A DNA stretch of 64,000 nucleotides, from contig CAVTBC010000003.1 in NCBI GenBank assembly GCA_963732865.1, positions 112,481 to 176,480 of the forward strand, in the 5' to 3' direction. Position numbers and translations under genes: made by a program. Below the pieces are notes generated by a model. It was given only the letters and a program-made list of their open reading frames with translations. It had not been told where the DNA came from and did not search any database. The stretch is from an uncultured Alphaproteobacteria bacterium. Its GTDB lineage: Bacteria > Pseudomonadota > Alphaproteobacteria > Rhizobiales > Kaistiaceae. This document shows, one piece after another, positions 21,489 through 31,709 of this stretch. Each line of letters opens with the position of its first letter. Position 1 is the stretch's first letter.

Positions 21489-22486
21489 GCGCCCCGCTTC
21501 TCCCACTGCCGGCGCTGATTGCCGATATCGGCGGCACCAATGCGCGGTTCGCGCTGCTCGGCGAAGACGGCGTGCTTGGTGACGCCGTGACCTTCCCGCT
21601 TGCAGTCGGCTCGGATTTCACGGCCGCCGTCGCCGAGCGCGTCTTGCCAAGCTTTGCCGCGAAACCTCGATCGGCGATGTTGGCGCTGGCCGGGATCGTC
21701 TCCGGCGAGCGCACCAAGATCACCAATGGCGATTGGGTGATCGAGCCGAGGGCCTTGCAGGCCGTCGCTGGACTGGAGGAGGTCGTCCTCATCAACGACT
21801 TCGAAGCGCTCGCCCTAGCCCTGCCGGCGTTTCCGGATGAGGCGCTGGTCCGACTCGGCGGCGGTCCGTTGCTGCCCGATGCGCCCAAGCTGGTGATCGG
21901 CCCGGGCACCGGGCTCGGCATTGCCGCGCTGCTCCCGGTGCAAGAGCGTTGGCTGCCGGTGGCGACCGAGGGCGGCCACATGGATTTCGGGCCGGTTACT
22001 CCGCGCGAATTCGCCATCTGGCCGCATGTGCCGCCCGATGACGGCGGCGTCAAAGTCGAGACGGTCCTTTCCGGTCCGGGCCTTGAAAACCTCTACCGCG
22101 CCATCGCAACGACGGACGGCATTGGCGCCGACCGCGTCTCGGCTGCGGAGGTGGTCGAGCGAGCGGCGCATGGCGAACGCACCGCCGGCGAAGTCCTGGA
22201 CATTTTCGCCGCTTGCCTCGGCCGGCTTGCCGGCGACATGGCGATCCTCCTCCTCGCACGCGGCGGCGTCTATGTCGGCGGCGGCATCCCACCGCGGATC
22301 GTCGACCGCTTCGCCAATGGCCGTTTCCGCCAGGCGTTCGTCGACAAACCGCCCTTCGGTAAGGTGATGGAAGAGATTGCCACGGTCCTGATTACCGACA
22401 CCACGCCGGCGTTCCTCGGCTGCGCCGAGCTCATCCGCAATCCCGATCGCTACATCGTCGATCTCAGCCGGCGCCACTGGCGCTAG
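21485..22486 (+). CDS. glk: glucokinase
   Basis: ADIGGTNARFAL ATP-binding motif and 333 aa. The start overlaps the asmA-family stop (ATGA). Confidence 0.9.
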   Translation: MSAPLLPLPALIADIGGTNARFALLGEDGVLGDAVTFPLAVGSDFTAAVAERVLPSFAAKPRSAMLALAGIVSGERTKITNGDWVIEPRALQAVAGLEEVVLINDFEALALALPAFPDEALVRLGGGPLLPDAPKLVIGPGTGLGIAALLPVQERWLPVATEGGHMDFGPVTPREFAIWPHVPPDDGGVKVETVLSGPGLENLYRAIATTDGIGADRVSAAEVVERAAHGERTAGEVLDIFAACLGRLAGDMAILLLARGGVYVGGGIPPRIVDRFANGRFRQAFVDKPPFGKVMEEIATVLITDTTPAFLGCAELIRNPDRYIVDLSRRHWR

Positions 22487-23997
22487 CCGGCAGACGCGCG
22501 TTCCGATTCCAGCGTTAGCCGGATGGCGCGGTGCCAGGCGCCTATCCGCTCGGCGCGATGCGCGCGCGACATCTTCGGCTCGAAACGTCGCGCGATTGCC
22601 AAGCCGGTGGCAAAACTGTCGGCATTCGGCCAGACATGCGCCGAAGCGCCCGCCAGCCAGGCGACACCCAGCGCCACGGTCTCCTGAACCACGGGGCGCT
22701 CGACCGGGCGATCAAGGATGTCGGCGAGAAATTGCATGGCCCAGTCGGACCCGGCGAGACCGCCGGACACGCGCGCCGGCGGCGGCTTGTCGGTCTCGCC
22801 AAGGCCCTCGCTGATCGCGGCGACGAGGTCCTGGGCGGTCAGCACCGCGGTCTCCAGCGAAGCGCGGACAATATCGGCGGCGCTCATGCTCGCCTCCAGA
22901 CCATGCATCACGCCGGTGGTGCTCGCGCCATGCCATGGCGATTGCGCCGTCAAATGCGCCGGCACGATGAAGAGCAGCGCGTCCGGGTCGGCGGATTGCG
23001 CCAGGCGGTCGGTTGCCTCCCAGCCTTCGGCGAGGCCGAAGGCGGCATGGGCCCAGCGAAATGCGTCGCCGGCCGCCCGGTTTCCCGCCTGCAGCGCATA
23101 GGCAAGCTTGCCGCCCATGCGCGCCGCCGGGATGATCTGTCCCTTCGATTCCATCTCCTTGCCGGTGCGGCGAATGCTGATCATGGCCGTGCAGCCGGCC
23201 CCGAAATTGAGGCTAAGCGCGCCTCTAGCCAGACCGCCCTGCCCCATCAGCGCCGCCTGCTCGGCGCCGACCATGCCATGCACCCCGATCGGCCCGGAGC
23301 CGCCGAAATGCGCCGCATCGACCGCCCCGAAATAGGTGGCGTTGTCGAACACTTCGGGCAGCACGGAGGCCGGAATGCTGAAGATATCGAGCAGCGTTTC
23401 GTCCCAACGCTGGTGCTCGCGGTTGAACAGCAGCGATGCGGCGGCACTGGTGGCGTCGGTGGCGTGGACCCGGCCTTCGGTCAAGCGCCACAGCAGAAAC
23501 GAGCCGACATCGCCGAAGGCGAGGCGGCCCTCGTCGGCCAGCGTCCGCGCCGACACGACATTGTCGAGCATCCAGGCGAGCTTGGTTCCGGCCCGACTCG
23601 CCTCCAGACGCAGCCCGGTTCGCGCCCGGATCGTCGGCTCAACACCGGCGGAACGGAGGGACTGGCAGCGCTTCTCGGTTCGGAAGTCGGACGCCGCGAT
23701 TGCGTTGTGCACCGCCTTGCCGGTGCTCCGGTCCCAGGCCAGCGTCGTGTCGGTGTCAGCGGCGATACCGATGGCGGAGATGTTGCCTGGCTCGACGCGC
23801 GCGCGAACAAGCACCGCGCGGCAGGTCGCGATCGTTGTTGCCCAGATCTCTTCGGCATCGAGTTCGATCGTGCCATGGCGCGGCGACAGCGGCGTCAGAT
23901 CCTCGCGCGCTGACGCCAGGACACGGCCGTCAATGCTGAAGAGTACAGCCCGGCATCGAAGACCGCTTTGATCGATGGCCAGAACCGGCCCAGCCAT
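22483..23997 (-). CDS. FGGY-family carbohydrate kinase (divergent glycerol-kinase-like)
   Basis: 504 aa with an N-terminal AIDQSGLRCRAVLF actin-fold motif and GlpK-like blocks. Too divergent to name a substrate. Confidence 0.78.
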   Translation of the reverse strand: MAGPVLAIDQSGLRCRAVLFSIDGRVLASAREDLTPLSPRHGTIELDAEEIWATTIATCRAVLVRARVEPGNISAIGIAADTDTTLAWDRSTGKAVHNAIAASDFRTEKRCQSLRSAGVEPTIRARTGLRLEASRAGTKLAWMLDNVVSARTLADEGRLAFGDVGSFLLWRLTEGRVHATDATSAAASLLFNREHQRWDETLLDIFSIPASVLPEVFDNATYFGAVDAAHFGGSGPIGVHGMVGAEQAALMGQGGLARGALSLNFGAGCTAMISIRRTGKEMESKGQIIPAARMGGKLAYALQAGNRAAGDAFRWAHAAFGLAEGWEATDRLAQSADPDALLFIVPAHLTAQSPWHGASTTGVMHGLEASMSAADIVRASLETAVLTAQDLVAAISEGLGETDKPPPARVSGGLAGSDWAMQFLADILDRPVERPVVQETVALGVAWLAGASAHVWPNADSFATGLAIARRFEPKMSRAHRAERIGAWHRAIRLTLESERASAG

Positions 23998-24024
23998 TTG
24001 CCCCGCCCCCCAGCGAGGCGACGA

Positions 24025-24510
24025 TTACTCGGCGTCGTCGCTCGCCTCGGCCTGAAGCTGTCCGTAGAGCTGCTCGCCGACGGAATTGAGCAGGCTCAAT
24101 TGCGATTCGAGGAAGTTGATGTGACCCTCCTCGTCCTTCAGCAAATCCTCGAACAACGCCATCGAGACGTAGTCGCCCTCGGCGTGGCAGATGTCGCGGG
24201 ATTCGCGGTAATATTTCTGCGCCTCAACTTCGCCGGCGAGGTCCGCTTCGAGAACCTCTCGCAGGTTCTGCCCGATGCGGAGGGCGCCGATCTGCTGCAT
24301 GTTCGGCATGCCCTCGAGGAAGATGATGCGGTCGACCAGACGGTCGGCGTGATGCATCTCCTCAATGGATTCGGCCCGCTCCTTCTTGGCAAGCTTGCCG
24401 TAGCCCCAATCCTGAGTGAGCCGGTAGTGCAGCCAATATTGGTTGACCGCTCCCAGCTCGAGTTTCAGAGCCCCGTTCAGCCTCTCGATGACCCTCGCTT
24501 CGCCCTTCAC
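24025..24510 (-). CDS. bfr: bacterioferritin
   Basis: 161 aa, [30 protein letters not shown]..., with ferroxidase Glu/His positions. GTG start with AGGAGG 6 nt upstream. Confidence 0.93.
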   Translation of the reverse strand: MKGEARVIERLNGALKLELGAVNQYWLHYRLTQDWGYGKLAKKERAESIEEMHHADRLVDRIIFLEGMPNMQQIGALRIGQNLREVLEADLAGEVEAQKYYRESRDICHAEGDYVSMALFEDLLKDEEGHINFLESQLSLLNSVGEQLYGQLQAEASDDAE

Positions 24511-24523
24511 GCCGACCTCCTAG

Positions 24524-24540
24524 TTTAGAATGGCTTTAAG
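24524..24540 (-). promoter_or_regulatory. candidate Irr iron-control-element (ICE)-like site upstream of bfr
   Basis: On the minus strand it reads CTTAAAG-CCA-TTCTAAA, against the remembered ICE consensus TTTAGAA-N3-TTCTAAA. The right half matches 7/7 and the left half 4/7. It sits immediately 5' of the bfr RBS. Confidence 0.3.
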
Positions 24541-24571
24541 ATGAGGATATAGCCCCCCGCCTTTTGCGGCG

Positions 24572-24847
24572 TCAAACCATGTCCCATTCGATCGGTTCCT
24601 GATCACTAGAGGCGTCTTCCTGATCATTGGCAATGCTGGCGAGCGGTTCGGGGCAGGTGAGCGGAAACCCCCATTCCTGTAGCGATTTTCGTACCAGTTC
24701 GATGCAGGAACCGCATTGCGGCCGTGCGCCAACGGCGTGAAAGACCCGGCCCGGCGTCACCGGCCGCGACGGGTCGGCGTCCTGCAACGCCTGTGCGGCG
24801 GCCCGGAGACTGGTGCTAGTCAGGACGTTGCACGAGCAAAGGATCAT
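24572..24847 (-). CDS. bfd: bacterioferritin-associated ferredoxin ((2Fe-2S)-binding protein)
   Basis: The MILCSCN....QCGSC pattern supplies four Cys ligands, and the gene lies directly upstream of bfr on the same strand. Confidence 0.8.
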   Translation of the reverse strand: MILCSCNVLTSTSLRAAAQALQDADPSRPVTPGRVFHAVGARPQCGSCIELVRKSLQEWGFPLTCPEPLASIANDQEDASSDQEPIEWDMV

Positions 24848-24921
24848 CGACGAACCGGAACAGGGATGCGCCCGCGTGATCGGGCGCCAGCGCCGGCGAA
24901 GCGGAACTCACCGGCGGCAGA

Positions 24922-25593
24922 TCAATACAGCACCAGTAATATGATGATCAGGACGACCAGTGCCAACAGGCCCCAGACATAGGGACCGCCCAGCACTTCC
25001 CTGCCAGCGGCGACTTCAAGCCGTTCCTCCAAATCCTCCGCCACCTCGGCAAGCGTCTCGGCCTTGTCTTCGACGACATCCTCGCTCGGCTCGTCGCCAA
25101 GTTGAACGCCGGCCATGGAGTGATCGAGCTCGTCGACCCAGGCCGAGGCCGGTTTGGCCGCAAGTTCGGTGGCTAGCCGCGTGAAGAAGGTGTCAGCCAT
25201 CTCCCGTGCCTGCGCTTCTACGAGGGAGTCCACGATATCGGCGAGCTTGCCGCCGACCTCGGCGCCGCCGACGTAATTGACAACCGTTTCGCCCGCCGCC
25301 TCGACCAGCTCGACGCTGATTTCGCCACGGGCGGTTCCGGACGGCCGCCCGCGTCCTTCGCCTGCCAGCGTCCAGCGCATCGGCGGGGTGCCGTCGCTCA
25401 TGCTTATCGTGCCGGTGAAGCGGGATTTGAAGGGCCCGAAATCGACCGCAACCACGGCCTTCATCTCCTTGGCGGACAGTTTTTCCGTGGACTCGCATCC
25501 AGGAAGACAGGTCGCGATGACGTCCGGGTCGTTCAGCGCCGCCCAAACGGCAGCGCGGTTCGCCCGCAAAGTGTATTGGCCTTTCAGTTCCAT
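24922..25593 (-). CDS. SRPBCC/CoxG-family protein with an acidic linker and a C-terminal TM anchor
   Basis: ATG at 25593 (MELKGQYTLRANRAAVWAALNDPDVIATCLPGCES), which is CoxG-like. The tail GGPYVWGLLALVVLIIILLVLY is hydrophobic. Confidence 0.7.
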   Translation of the reverse strand: MELKGQYTLRANRAAVWAALNDPDVIATCLPGCESTEKLSAKEMKAVVAVDFGPFKSRFTGTISMSDGTPPMRWTLAGEGRGRPSGTARGEISVELVEAAGETVVNYVGGAEVGGKLADIVDSLVEAQAREMADTFFTRLATELAAKPASAWVDELDHSMAGVQLGDEPSEDVVEDKAETLAEVAEDLEERLEVAAGREVLGGPYVWGLLALVVLIIILLVLY

Positions 25594-25696
25594 GGATCCC
25601 CGCTTTCCGGCCCGATAGGTGGTTTGCCCTATTCGGATCGCCGCCGCATCGCTATCACCCCACTCATGAAGCGATCGGAGGCATGTGGAGCCTAGC

Positions 25697-26620
25697 ATGG
25701 CCGAGGTTGGAGGCAATCGAAAGGCGCGACCCAGCGCCCGCTTTCCGTCGCTGCTGGAGACAGCCGGCTTCGCTGACTATGCGCTGATCGATTCCGGTGA
25801 CGGGCTCAAGCTGGAGCGCTATGGCCGTTACCGGATCGTCCGGCCCGAACCGCAGGCGATGTGGCGGCGCAAGGCCCCGATCGGCGACTGGGAAGAAGCG
25901 GACGCTGTCTTCACCGGGGGCAAGGACGAGGATTCCGACGGGCGTTGGCGATTTCCCAGGCCGATCGCCGAGGAATGGCCGATGCGGTTTGGCGACGTCA
26001 GCTATATTGGCCGCTTCACCGCCTTCCGCCACGTTGGCGTGTTTCCCGAACAGGCAGCGCATTGGACCTGGATCGAGGACCGGCTGAAGGCGGCCGATCG
26101 GCCGACCAAAGTGCTCAACCTCTTCGGCTATACCGGGATTGCTTCGCTGCTGGCGGCCAAGGCCGGGGCTACCGTCACCCATCTCGACGCATCGAAAAAG
26201 GCGATCGCCTGGGCGCGTGAAAACCAGGCGGCGTCGAAGCTCGACGACCTGCCGATCCGCTGGATCTGCGACGACGCGATGAAGTTCGTGCGGCGCGAGG
26301 AGCGGCGCGGCAACCGCTATGACGGCATCATCCTCGACCCGCCGAAATTCGGCCGCGGCCCCAATGGCGAGGTGTGGGACATCTTCCTCGATCTCGCCGA
26401 GACGATGCGCATTTGCCGGACGCTCCTCAGCGACGAGGCCTCCTTCCTGGTGCTGACGGCCTATTCCATCCGCGCCTCTTTCGTATCGATCCATGAGATC
26501 GCGGCGCAGGAACTCGCCGGCCTGCCGGGCACGCTGGAATCGGGCGAGCTGCTATTGCGCGAAGAGAGCGCCGGGCGGCTCTTATCGACATCCCTCTACA
26601 GCCGCTGGAGCGCCGAATGA
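25697..26620 (+). CDS. class I SAM-dependent (rRNA large-subunit-type, COG1092-like) methyltransferase
   Basis: SAM-binding block VLNLFGYTGIASLLAA and the ILDPPKFG motif typical of RlmI/RlmK-type enzymes. Confidence 0.8.
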   Translation: MAEVGGNRKARPSARFPSLLETAGFADYALIDSGDGLKLERYGRYRIVRPEPQAMWRRKAPIGDWEEADAVFTGGKDEDSDGRWRFPRPIAEEWPMRFGDVSYIGRFTAFRHVGVFPEQAAHWTWIEDRLKAADRPTKVLNLFGYTGIASLLAAKAGATVTHLDASKKAIAWARENQAASKLDDLPIRWICDDAMKFVRREERRGNRYDGIILDPPKFGRGPNGEVWDIFLDLAETMRICRTLLSDEASFLVLTAYSIRASFVSIHEIAAQELAGLPGTLESGELLLREESAGRLLSTSLYSRWSAE

Positions 26621-27453
26621 ATTCTTCGCATGCCGACACGCGGCGGCCCGGCCAGGTCCTGACGATCGCCAGCCACGCCAATCCGCGGATCAAGGCGATC
26701 CGGGCGCTGGCGCAGCCAAAGTTTCGCAAGGAGACCGGCCAGTTCATCGTCGAGGGGCTGAAGCTCGTCACCGACGCGCTGGAGGAAGGCTGGACGGTCC
26801 GCGCGGTGATCCACCAGACCAGCGCCATCGACCAGCCCGCCATCGCCAACGCGGCCGCAACGGCGCGGGCGCGCGGAGCCGACATTCTTGCCGTCACAGG
26901 CGACATCCTCGCCAAGATCGCGCGCCGGGATAATCCGCAGACAGTCCTCGGCATCGTCGACCAACGCCTTGCCTCTGCGGATGAAATCGCCAAGTCAGGG
27001 CCGGTTCTGGTGGCGCTGGAACGGATCAAGGACCCCGGCAATCTCGGCACCATCATCCGCACGGCCGATGCCGTCGGCGCGGGTGGCGTCATCCTCGTTG
27101 GACCGTCGGTGGATCCGTTCTCGACCGAAGCGGTGCGGGCGACGATGGGCTCGATCTTCCATGTGCCGCTGGCGCGGATGACGGAAGAGCAGTTCCTGAC
27201 GCTGCGCGCCGGCTGGAGCGGCTCGGTGGTCGGCACGCATCTGTCGGGCAGCGCCGATTTCCGCACGGTGCCCTATCGCGAGCCGGTGCTGCTTCTGATG
27301 GGCAACGAGCAGACCGGCCTCTCCGACCAGCTCGCCGGCGCCTGCGACGACCTCGTGCGCATCCCCATGGCGGGCCGCGCCAATTCGCTGAACCTTGCGG
27401 TGGCCACCGCAGTGATGCTCTACGAACTCCGCCGCAGCCAGCTCAGCCTCTAA
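26617..27453 (+). CDS. TrmH/SpoU-family RNA 2'-O-methyltransferase
   Basis: SPOUT motifs (LERIKDPGNLGTIIRTADA, LLMGNEQTGLS, IPM.G...SLNLAVATAV). The start overlaps the preceding stop. Confidence 0.85.
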   Translation: MNSSHADTRRPGQVLTIASHANPRIKAIRALAQPKFRKETGQFIVEGLKLVTDALEEGWTVRAVIHQTSAIDQPAIANAAATARARGADILAVTGDILAKIARRDNPQTVLGIVDQRLASADEIAKSGPVLVALERIKDPGNLGTIIRTADAVGAGGVILVGPSVDPFSTEAVRATMGSIFHVPLARMTEEQFLTLRAGWSGSVVGTHLSGSADFRTVPYREPVLLLMGNEQTGLSDQLAGACDDLVRIPMAGRANSLNLAVATAVMLYELRRSQLSL

Positions 27454-27464
27454 CGGACCCTGCC

Positions 27465-27980
27465 GTGACCGACGCCTCAACCAATATCAACGGTGCGAAG
27501 CCGCCGGGGCCCGCCTCGAAGCTCGGCATCTGGATTCTCGCCGGTACGCTCATCATCGACCAGATCACCAAATGGCTGGCCGAGGCGACCCTCAATTCGA
27601 CCAGCAGCGTCGATGTCCTGCCGATCCTGACGCTGCAGCTGACCCACAATCCGGGCATAGCGTTCAGCTTCTTCATCGGCTCGAACAGCGACCTCCTGCT
27701 CGGGGCCGTCATTCTGGTGGCCCTCGCCGTCCTGGTCCTGTGGATACGCGCCACGGAGGGCGGACGCCTCGCGACGATCGGCTTCGCCCTCATCGTCGGC
27801 GGCGCCATCGGCAATATCGTCGACCGCATCTTCCAGGGCGAGGTGGTCGATTTCCTGCGCCTGCATTTCGGCGACCGCGATCTGTTCGTCTTCAACCTCG
27901 CCGATTTCGCCCTGACGATCGGACCGATCATCCTGATCGTCGCCTTTCTCTGGGGGCCGAGACAGCCGGCGGGAAAGTAA
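27465..27980 (+). CDS. lspA: lipoprotein signal peptidase II
   Basis: NPGIAFSF and FNLADFAL motifs with four TM segments. Confidence 0.9.
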   Translation: MTDASTNINGAKPPGPASKLGIWILAGTLIIDQITKWLAEATLNSTSSVDVLPILTLQLTHNPGIAFSFFIGSNSDLLLGAVILVALAVLVLWIRATEGGRLATIGFALIVGGAIGNIVDRIFQGEVVDFLRLHFGDRDLFVFNLADFALTIGPIILIVAFLWGPRQPAGK

Positions 27981-28068
27981 CCGACCGCGATTTGCGGCGG
28001 CGGCGTTTCGGCTGCACTCTGAATCTCTTGCCGGGATTTGCGGCGAGATCGATTCAAGCCGCGAGACC

Positions 28069-28923
28069 ATGCCGGAACGCCTTGCCGTCACCCGTCGTCT
28101 GTTCGCCATCGGGGCAGCCATGATGCTGGCGGCGACGCCGACCGCCTCATTGGCAGAGGCCGGCAATGCCGTGGTCATTCCCAATTTCTGGGATCCGCAG
28201 GTGGAGCGCACGCCACCGCCCGCGATCGCCGGCATCCGCTTCATCACCACCGACGATTATCCGCCCTTCGAATTCACCGACGCCGAGGGGCGTCTCGTCG
28301 GCTTCAATATCGACCTTGCCCGCGCCATCTGCGAAGAGCTCGCCATCCCCTGCACGATGCAGGTGCGGCCGTTCGAGGACCTCGTCGCGGCGCTGGCCGA
28401 CAACCGGGCCGACGCCGCGATCGCCGGCATCGGCATCTCGGCCGAGGCGCGGCAGAGCGTCACCTTCAGCGACGTCTATCTGCGGCTACCGGCCCGCTTC
28501 GCCGAACGCCGCAGCCTGCCCTTCGACATTTCGGTGGAAGGGCTGGCGGGCCGAAAGGTCGCCGTCGTGGAGGCTACGGCGCACGAAGCCTATCTCCGCG
28601 CCTTCTTCGCGGACGCCGATATCCGGATCTATGCCGACGCCGAATCCGCCCGCGCCGCGTTGCGGCAAGGAGACGTCGACGCCCTGTTCGGTGACGGCCT
28701 GCAGCTTTCGTTCTGGCTGGACGGTATCGACGCGGCAGATTGCTGCGTCTTCGCCGGCGGTCCCTATCTGGAGCCGGCGTTTTTCGGCGAAGGTCTGGCG
28801 ATCGCGGTGCGTCCCGGTGCAGGCGATGTGATCGACGCGATCAACACGGCGCTCCGCGATATCTATGCCAGCGGCATCTATGCCGGAATCTATCTCCGCT
28901 ATTTTCCGCTCAGCTTCTACTGA
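28069..28923 (+). CDS. orphan family-3 (amino-acid type) periplasmic substrate-binding protein
   Basis: Signal peptide plus an SBP_bac_3-like pattern (FITTDDYPPFEF.D.EGRLVGFNIDLARAICEEL). No permease or ATPase is adjacent. Confidence 0.78.
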   Translation: MPERLAVTRRLFAIGAAMMLAATPTASLAEAGNAVVIPNFWDPQVERTPPPAIAGIRFITTDDYPPFEFTDAEGRLVGFNIDLARAICEELAIPCTMQVRPFEDLVAALADNRADAAIAGIGISAEARQSVTFSDVYLRLPARFAERRSLPFDISVEGLAGRKVAVVEATAHEAYLRAFFADADIRIYADAESARAALRQGDVDALFGDGLQLSFWLDGIDAADCCVFAGGPYLEPAFFGEGLAIAVRPGAGDVIDAINTALRDIYASGIYAGIYLRYFPLSFY

Positions 28924-28926
28924 CGG

Positions 28927-29349
28927 TCAGGCGAGGCGGTAGCGGACCCTGGCGCTGCGCTCGACCGCGGCGGCGACCAGTTTATCGAGTTCCAGATGAT
29001 CACGCAGGATCTGCAGGAAGCGGAGTTCCTCCTGCTCGACATGGAGATCGACCGCGGCGACCTCGACGGCCAGCGCATAGGCCGTTTCATAAAGCCGCGG
29101 CGGCAGCGCTTCGGCGACGATGTCGAGGATGTCGTCGAGGCCATCCTCATCCTGCAGGCGGTGCCCGCATTCCTCCGCGACATAGACGAGCCGCTCCGGA
29201 TCGAAGTCGGCAAAGATCGGCAATTGCCGGACAATGTCGCCGATCTTGAGCAGTTCCTTGTCGGTCATGGATCGATCCGAGGCGGAAACGGTGACCATCA
29301 CATAGATGAGAGCCTCGTGATGGCCGATGGGCCGCGACATCTGATTCAT
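28927..29349 (-). CDS. TerB-family (tellurite-resistance-like) protein
   Basis: 140 aa, helical and acidic. The pattern ALIYVMVTVSASDRSMTDKELLKIGDIV...AVDLHVEQEELRFLQIL is typical of TerB-like domains. Confidence 0.72.
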   Translation of the reverse strand: MNQMSRPIGHHEALIYVMVTVSASDRSMTDKELLKIGDIVRQLPIFADFDPERLVYVAEECGHRLQDEDGLDDILDIVAEALPPRLYETAYALAVEVAAVDLHVEQEELRFLQILRDHLELDKLVAAAVERSARVRYRLA

Positions 29350-29477
29350 CCTCTATTCCGTCCTCGCTGGTCGATACGCCGTGTAGTTAGGGAACCGACG
29401 CCCGTTGGGCAACCATCTTGCGGCGTTGACGCGCGGGCGAGCAATTCATAGGGTCCGCCGCACCCTAACGCCGACAC

Positions 29478-31175
29478 ATGCAGATGCGGAAAATGGCGAC
29501 AGCGTCGCTTGAGATCACGGATTCATTGGTAGAGGCGGCCGAGCAGTCGGCAGCCTGGCCGTTCGAGGAGGCGCGGAAGCTGACAGCGCGCCTGTCGCGC
29601 AGAGGCGCCGATAGGATGCTTTTCGAGACCGGCTACGGCCCCTCGGGACTGCCTCATATCGGCACGTTCGGCGAAGTGGCGCGGACGAGCATGGTGCGCA
29701 CCGCGTTCCGGCTCTTGACGCGCGACCGCATCCCGACCCGCCTCCTGTGCTTTTCGGACGATATGGACGGCTTGCGTAAAGTGCCGGACAACGTCCCCAA
29801 CCAGCCGATGATGACCCGGCATATCGGCCAACCGCTGACAGCGGTCCCCGATCCGTTCGGAACGCATGAGAGCTTCGGCGCGCACAACAACGCGATGTTG
29901 CGCGGCTTCCTAGACCAGTTCGGCTTCGATTACGAATTCGCAAGCGCCACCGATTACTACCGGTCGGGCCGGTTTGACGGCAACCTTTTGGCGATGCTGA
30001 GGGCGTACGATCAGGTCATGGCGATCATGCTGCCCTCGCTGCGCCAAGAAAGGCAGCAATCCTATTCGCCGTTCCTGCCGATCTCGCCGGTCAACGGCGC
30101 CGTGCTGCAGGTGCCGCTCACGGAGGTTAAGGCCGACGCCGGCACGATCGTCTTCCGCGATCCCGCCAATGACAGGCTGACCGAGGTGCCGGTCACCGGC
30201 GGCCATGTGAAGTGCCAGTGGAAGGCGGACTGGGCCTTGCGCTGGACAGCGCTCAGCGTTGACTATGAAATGAACGGCAAGGACTTGATCAATTCGGTGA
30301 AGCTATCGAGCGAGATCTGCAGGGTGATGGGCGGCGATCCGCCCGAGGGCTTTGCCTATGAGCTTTTCCTCGACGAGAATGGCCAGAAGATTTCCAAGTC
30401 GCGCGGCAACGGCCTAACCATCGACGAGTGGCTGCGCTATGCCTCGCCGGAAAGCCTGTCGCAGTTCATGTTCCAGAAGCCAAGCGCGGCCAAGCGGCTG
30501 TATTTCGATGTGATCCCCCGCGCCGTCGACGACTATTACACCTTCGTCGACCGCCTATCATCGCGACGAGGATGATCCGAGGCGGCGCGCTCGAGCAATC
30601 CGGTCTGGCACGTCCATGGCGGCCATGTGCCGACGGTCGAATGCCGCTCACCTTCGGCGTCCTGCTCAACCTCGCCTCGGCGTCGAACGCGCATTCCGCG
30701 GACGTGCTGTGGGGCTTCATCCTGCGGCATGTCGCCGGGGTGGCGCCGGCCACGCACCCGGATCTCGACCGGCTGGTCGGCTATGCGGTCCGCTACTATC
30801 AGGACTTCGTCGAGCCGACGAAATCGTTCCGCGATCCGGATCAGGCGCGAGCGCAAGGCGCTGGCGGCGCTCGATGTGGCGCTGGCGACGCTCGAGGCGG
30901 AGGGAGTTGCGGACGATGCGGCGATCCAGGCGGCCGTCTATGAGGTTGGCCGGTCCTTCCTACAGTATCAGGACACGAAGAAGTTTGCGCCGGACGGGCG
31001 CCCCGGCGTTTCGCTGGCGTGGTTCTCGATGCTCTATGAGGTTCTTCTCGGCCTGCCGCGCGGGCCGCGATTTGGCTCATTCGCCGCGATCTACGGATTG
31101 GCGGAAACGCGCGGGCTGATCCACAAGGCCGTGGCGGGCGAGCTGGCGCCGGCGTCGGCGGAGCATTCGGCATGA
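29478..31175 (+). pseudogene. lysK: class I lysine--tRNA ligase with several compensating frame disruptions between 30552 and 30851
   Basis: Class-I LysRS N-terminus ([22 protein letters not shown]) and KISKS-type loop ([10 protein letters not shown]). The protein-like reading goes from frame 0 to +1 (YHRDEDDP), back to 0 ([15 protein letters not shown]), to +2 ([16 protein letters not shown]...[17 protein letters not shown]), then to 0 ([10 protein letters not shown]...). The span of 1698 nt is 3n. Confidence 0.85.
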
Positions 31176-31708
31176 CGGCGCGGCGACCGTTTGCCCGGAT
31201 CGTGGCCATTGCCGCCGCGATATTCCTCGTCCTGTCGCCGATCCGCGAGGGGTTGGCGCAGGACCAGCAGCTGGGGCAAGTCACCAATCTGCCGCTGCCG
31301 CGCTTCGTCTCGCTGAAATCAAGCCAGGTGAACGTCCGCGTCGGCCCCGGCCAGGACTATCCGGTCGCCTGGACCTATGTCCGCTTCGGCCTGCCGGTGG
31401 AAATCACGCAGGAATACGACAATTGGCGCCGCATCCGCGATTCGGAAGGCAATGAGGGCTGGGTGTTGTGGAACCTGCTCTCCGGCGACCGTTGGGCGAT
31501 CGTGCTGCCGGACAATGACGGGACGCCGCTGATCGTCCACGCGTCGGCGTCGGACACGTCGGCGACGGTGGCGATGCTGGAAGCCGGCGTGATCGCGCCA
31601 GTGATCCGTTGCCGCGACCATTGGTGTCGGCTCAGCGAGAGCCGTTTCGACGGCTGGGTCGAGCAGGACCGCCTGTGGGGCGTCTATCCGGACGAGGAAT
31701 TCGACTAG
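31172..31708 (+). CDS. SH3-like (DUF1058) domain-containing secreted protein
   Basis: Signal peptide, then the RFVSLKSSQVNVRVGPGQDYPVAWTY...GWV pattern repeated twice. The start overlaps the lysK stop. Confidence 0.75.
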   Translation: MTARRPFARIVAIAAAIFLVLSPIREGLAQDQQLGQVTNLPLPRFVSLKSSQVNVRVGPGQDYPVAWTYVRFGLPVEITQEYDNWRRIRDSEGNEGWVLWNLLSGDRWAIVLPDNDGTPLIVHASASDTSATVAMLEAGVIAPVIRCRDHWCRLSESRFDGWVEQDRLWGVYPDEEFD

Positions 31709-31709
31709 G

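Noticed and set aside
22483-22486. glk and the convergent FGGY kinase share the palindrome CTAG as overlapping stop codons
   Set aside because: The overlap is real in the sequence but is a common consequence of tight packing. No functional implication can be supported.
30573-30575. In-frame TGA in lysK as a selenocysteine, readthrough or programmed-frameshift site
   Set aside because: There is no SECIS-like hairpin or slippery heptamer. The conserved peptide continues in another frame, and four other genes show plain 1-nt indels. Ordinary indels explain it more simply.
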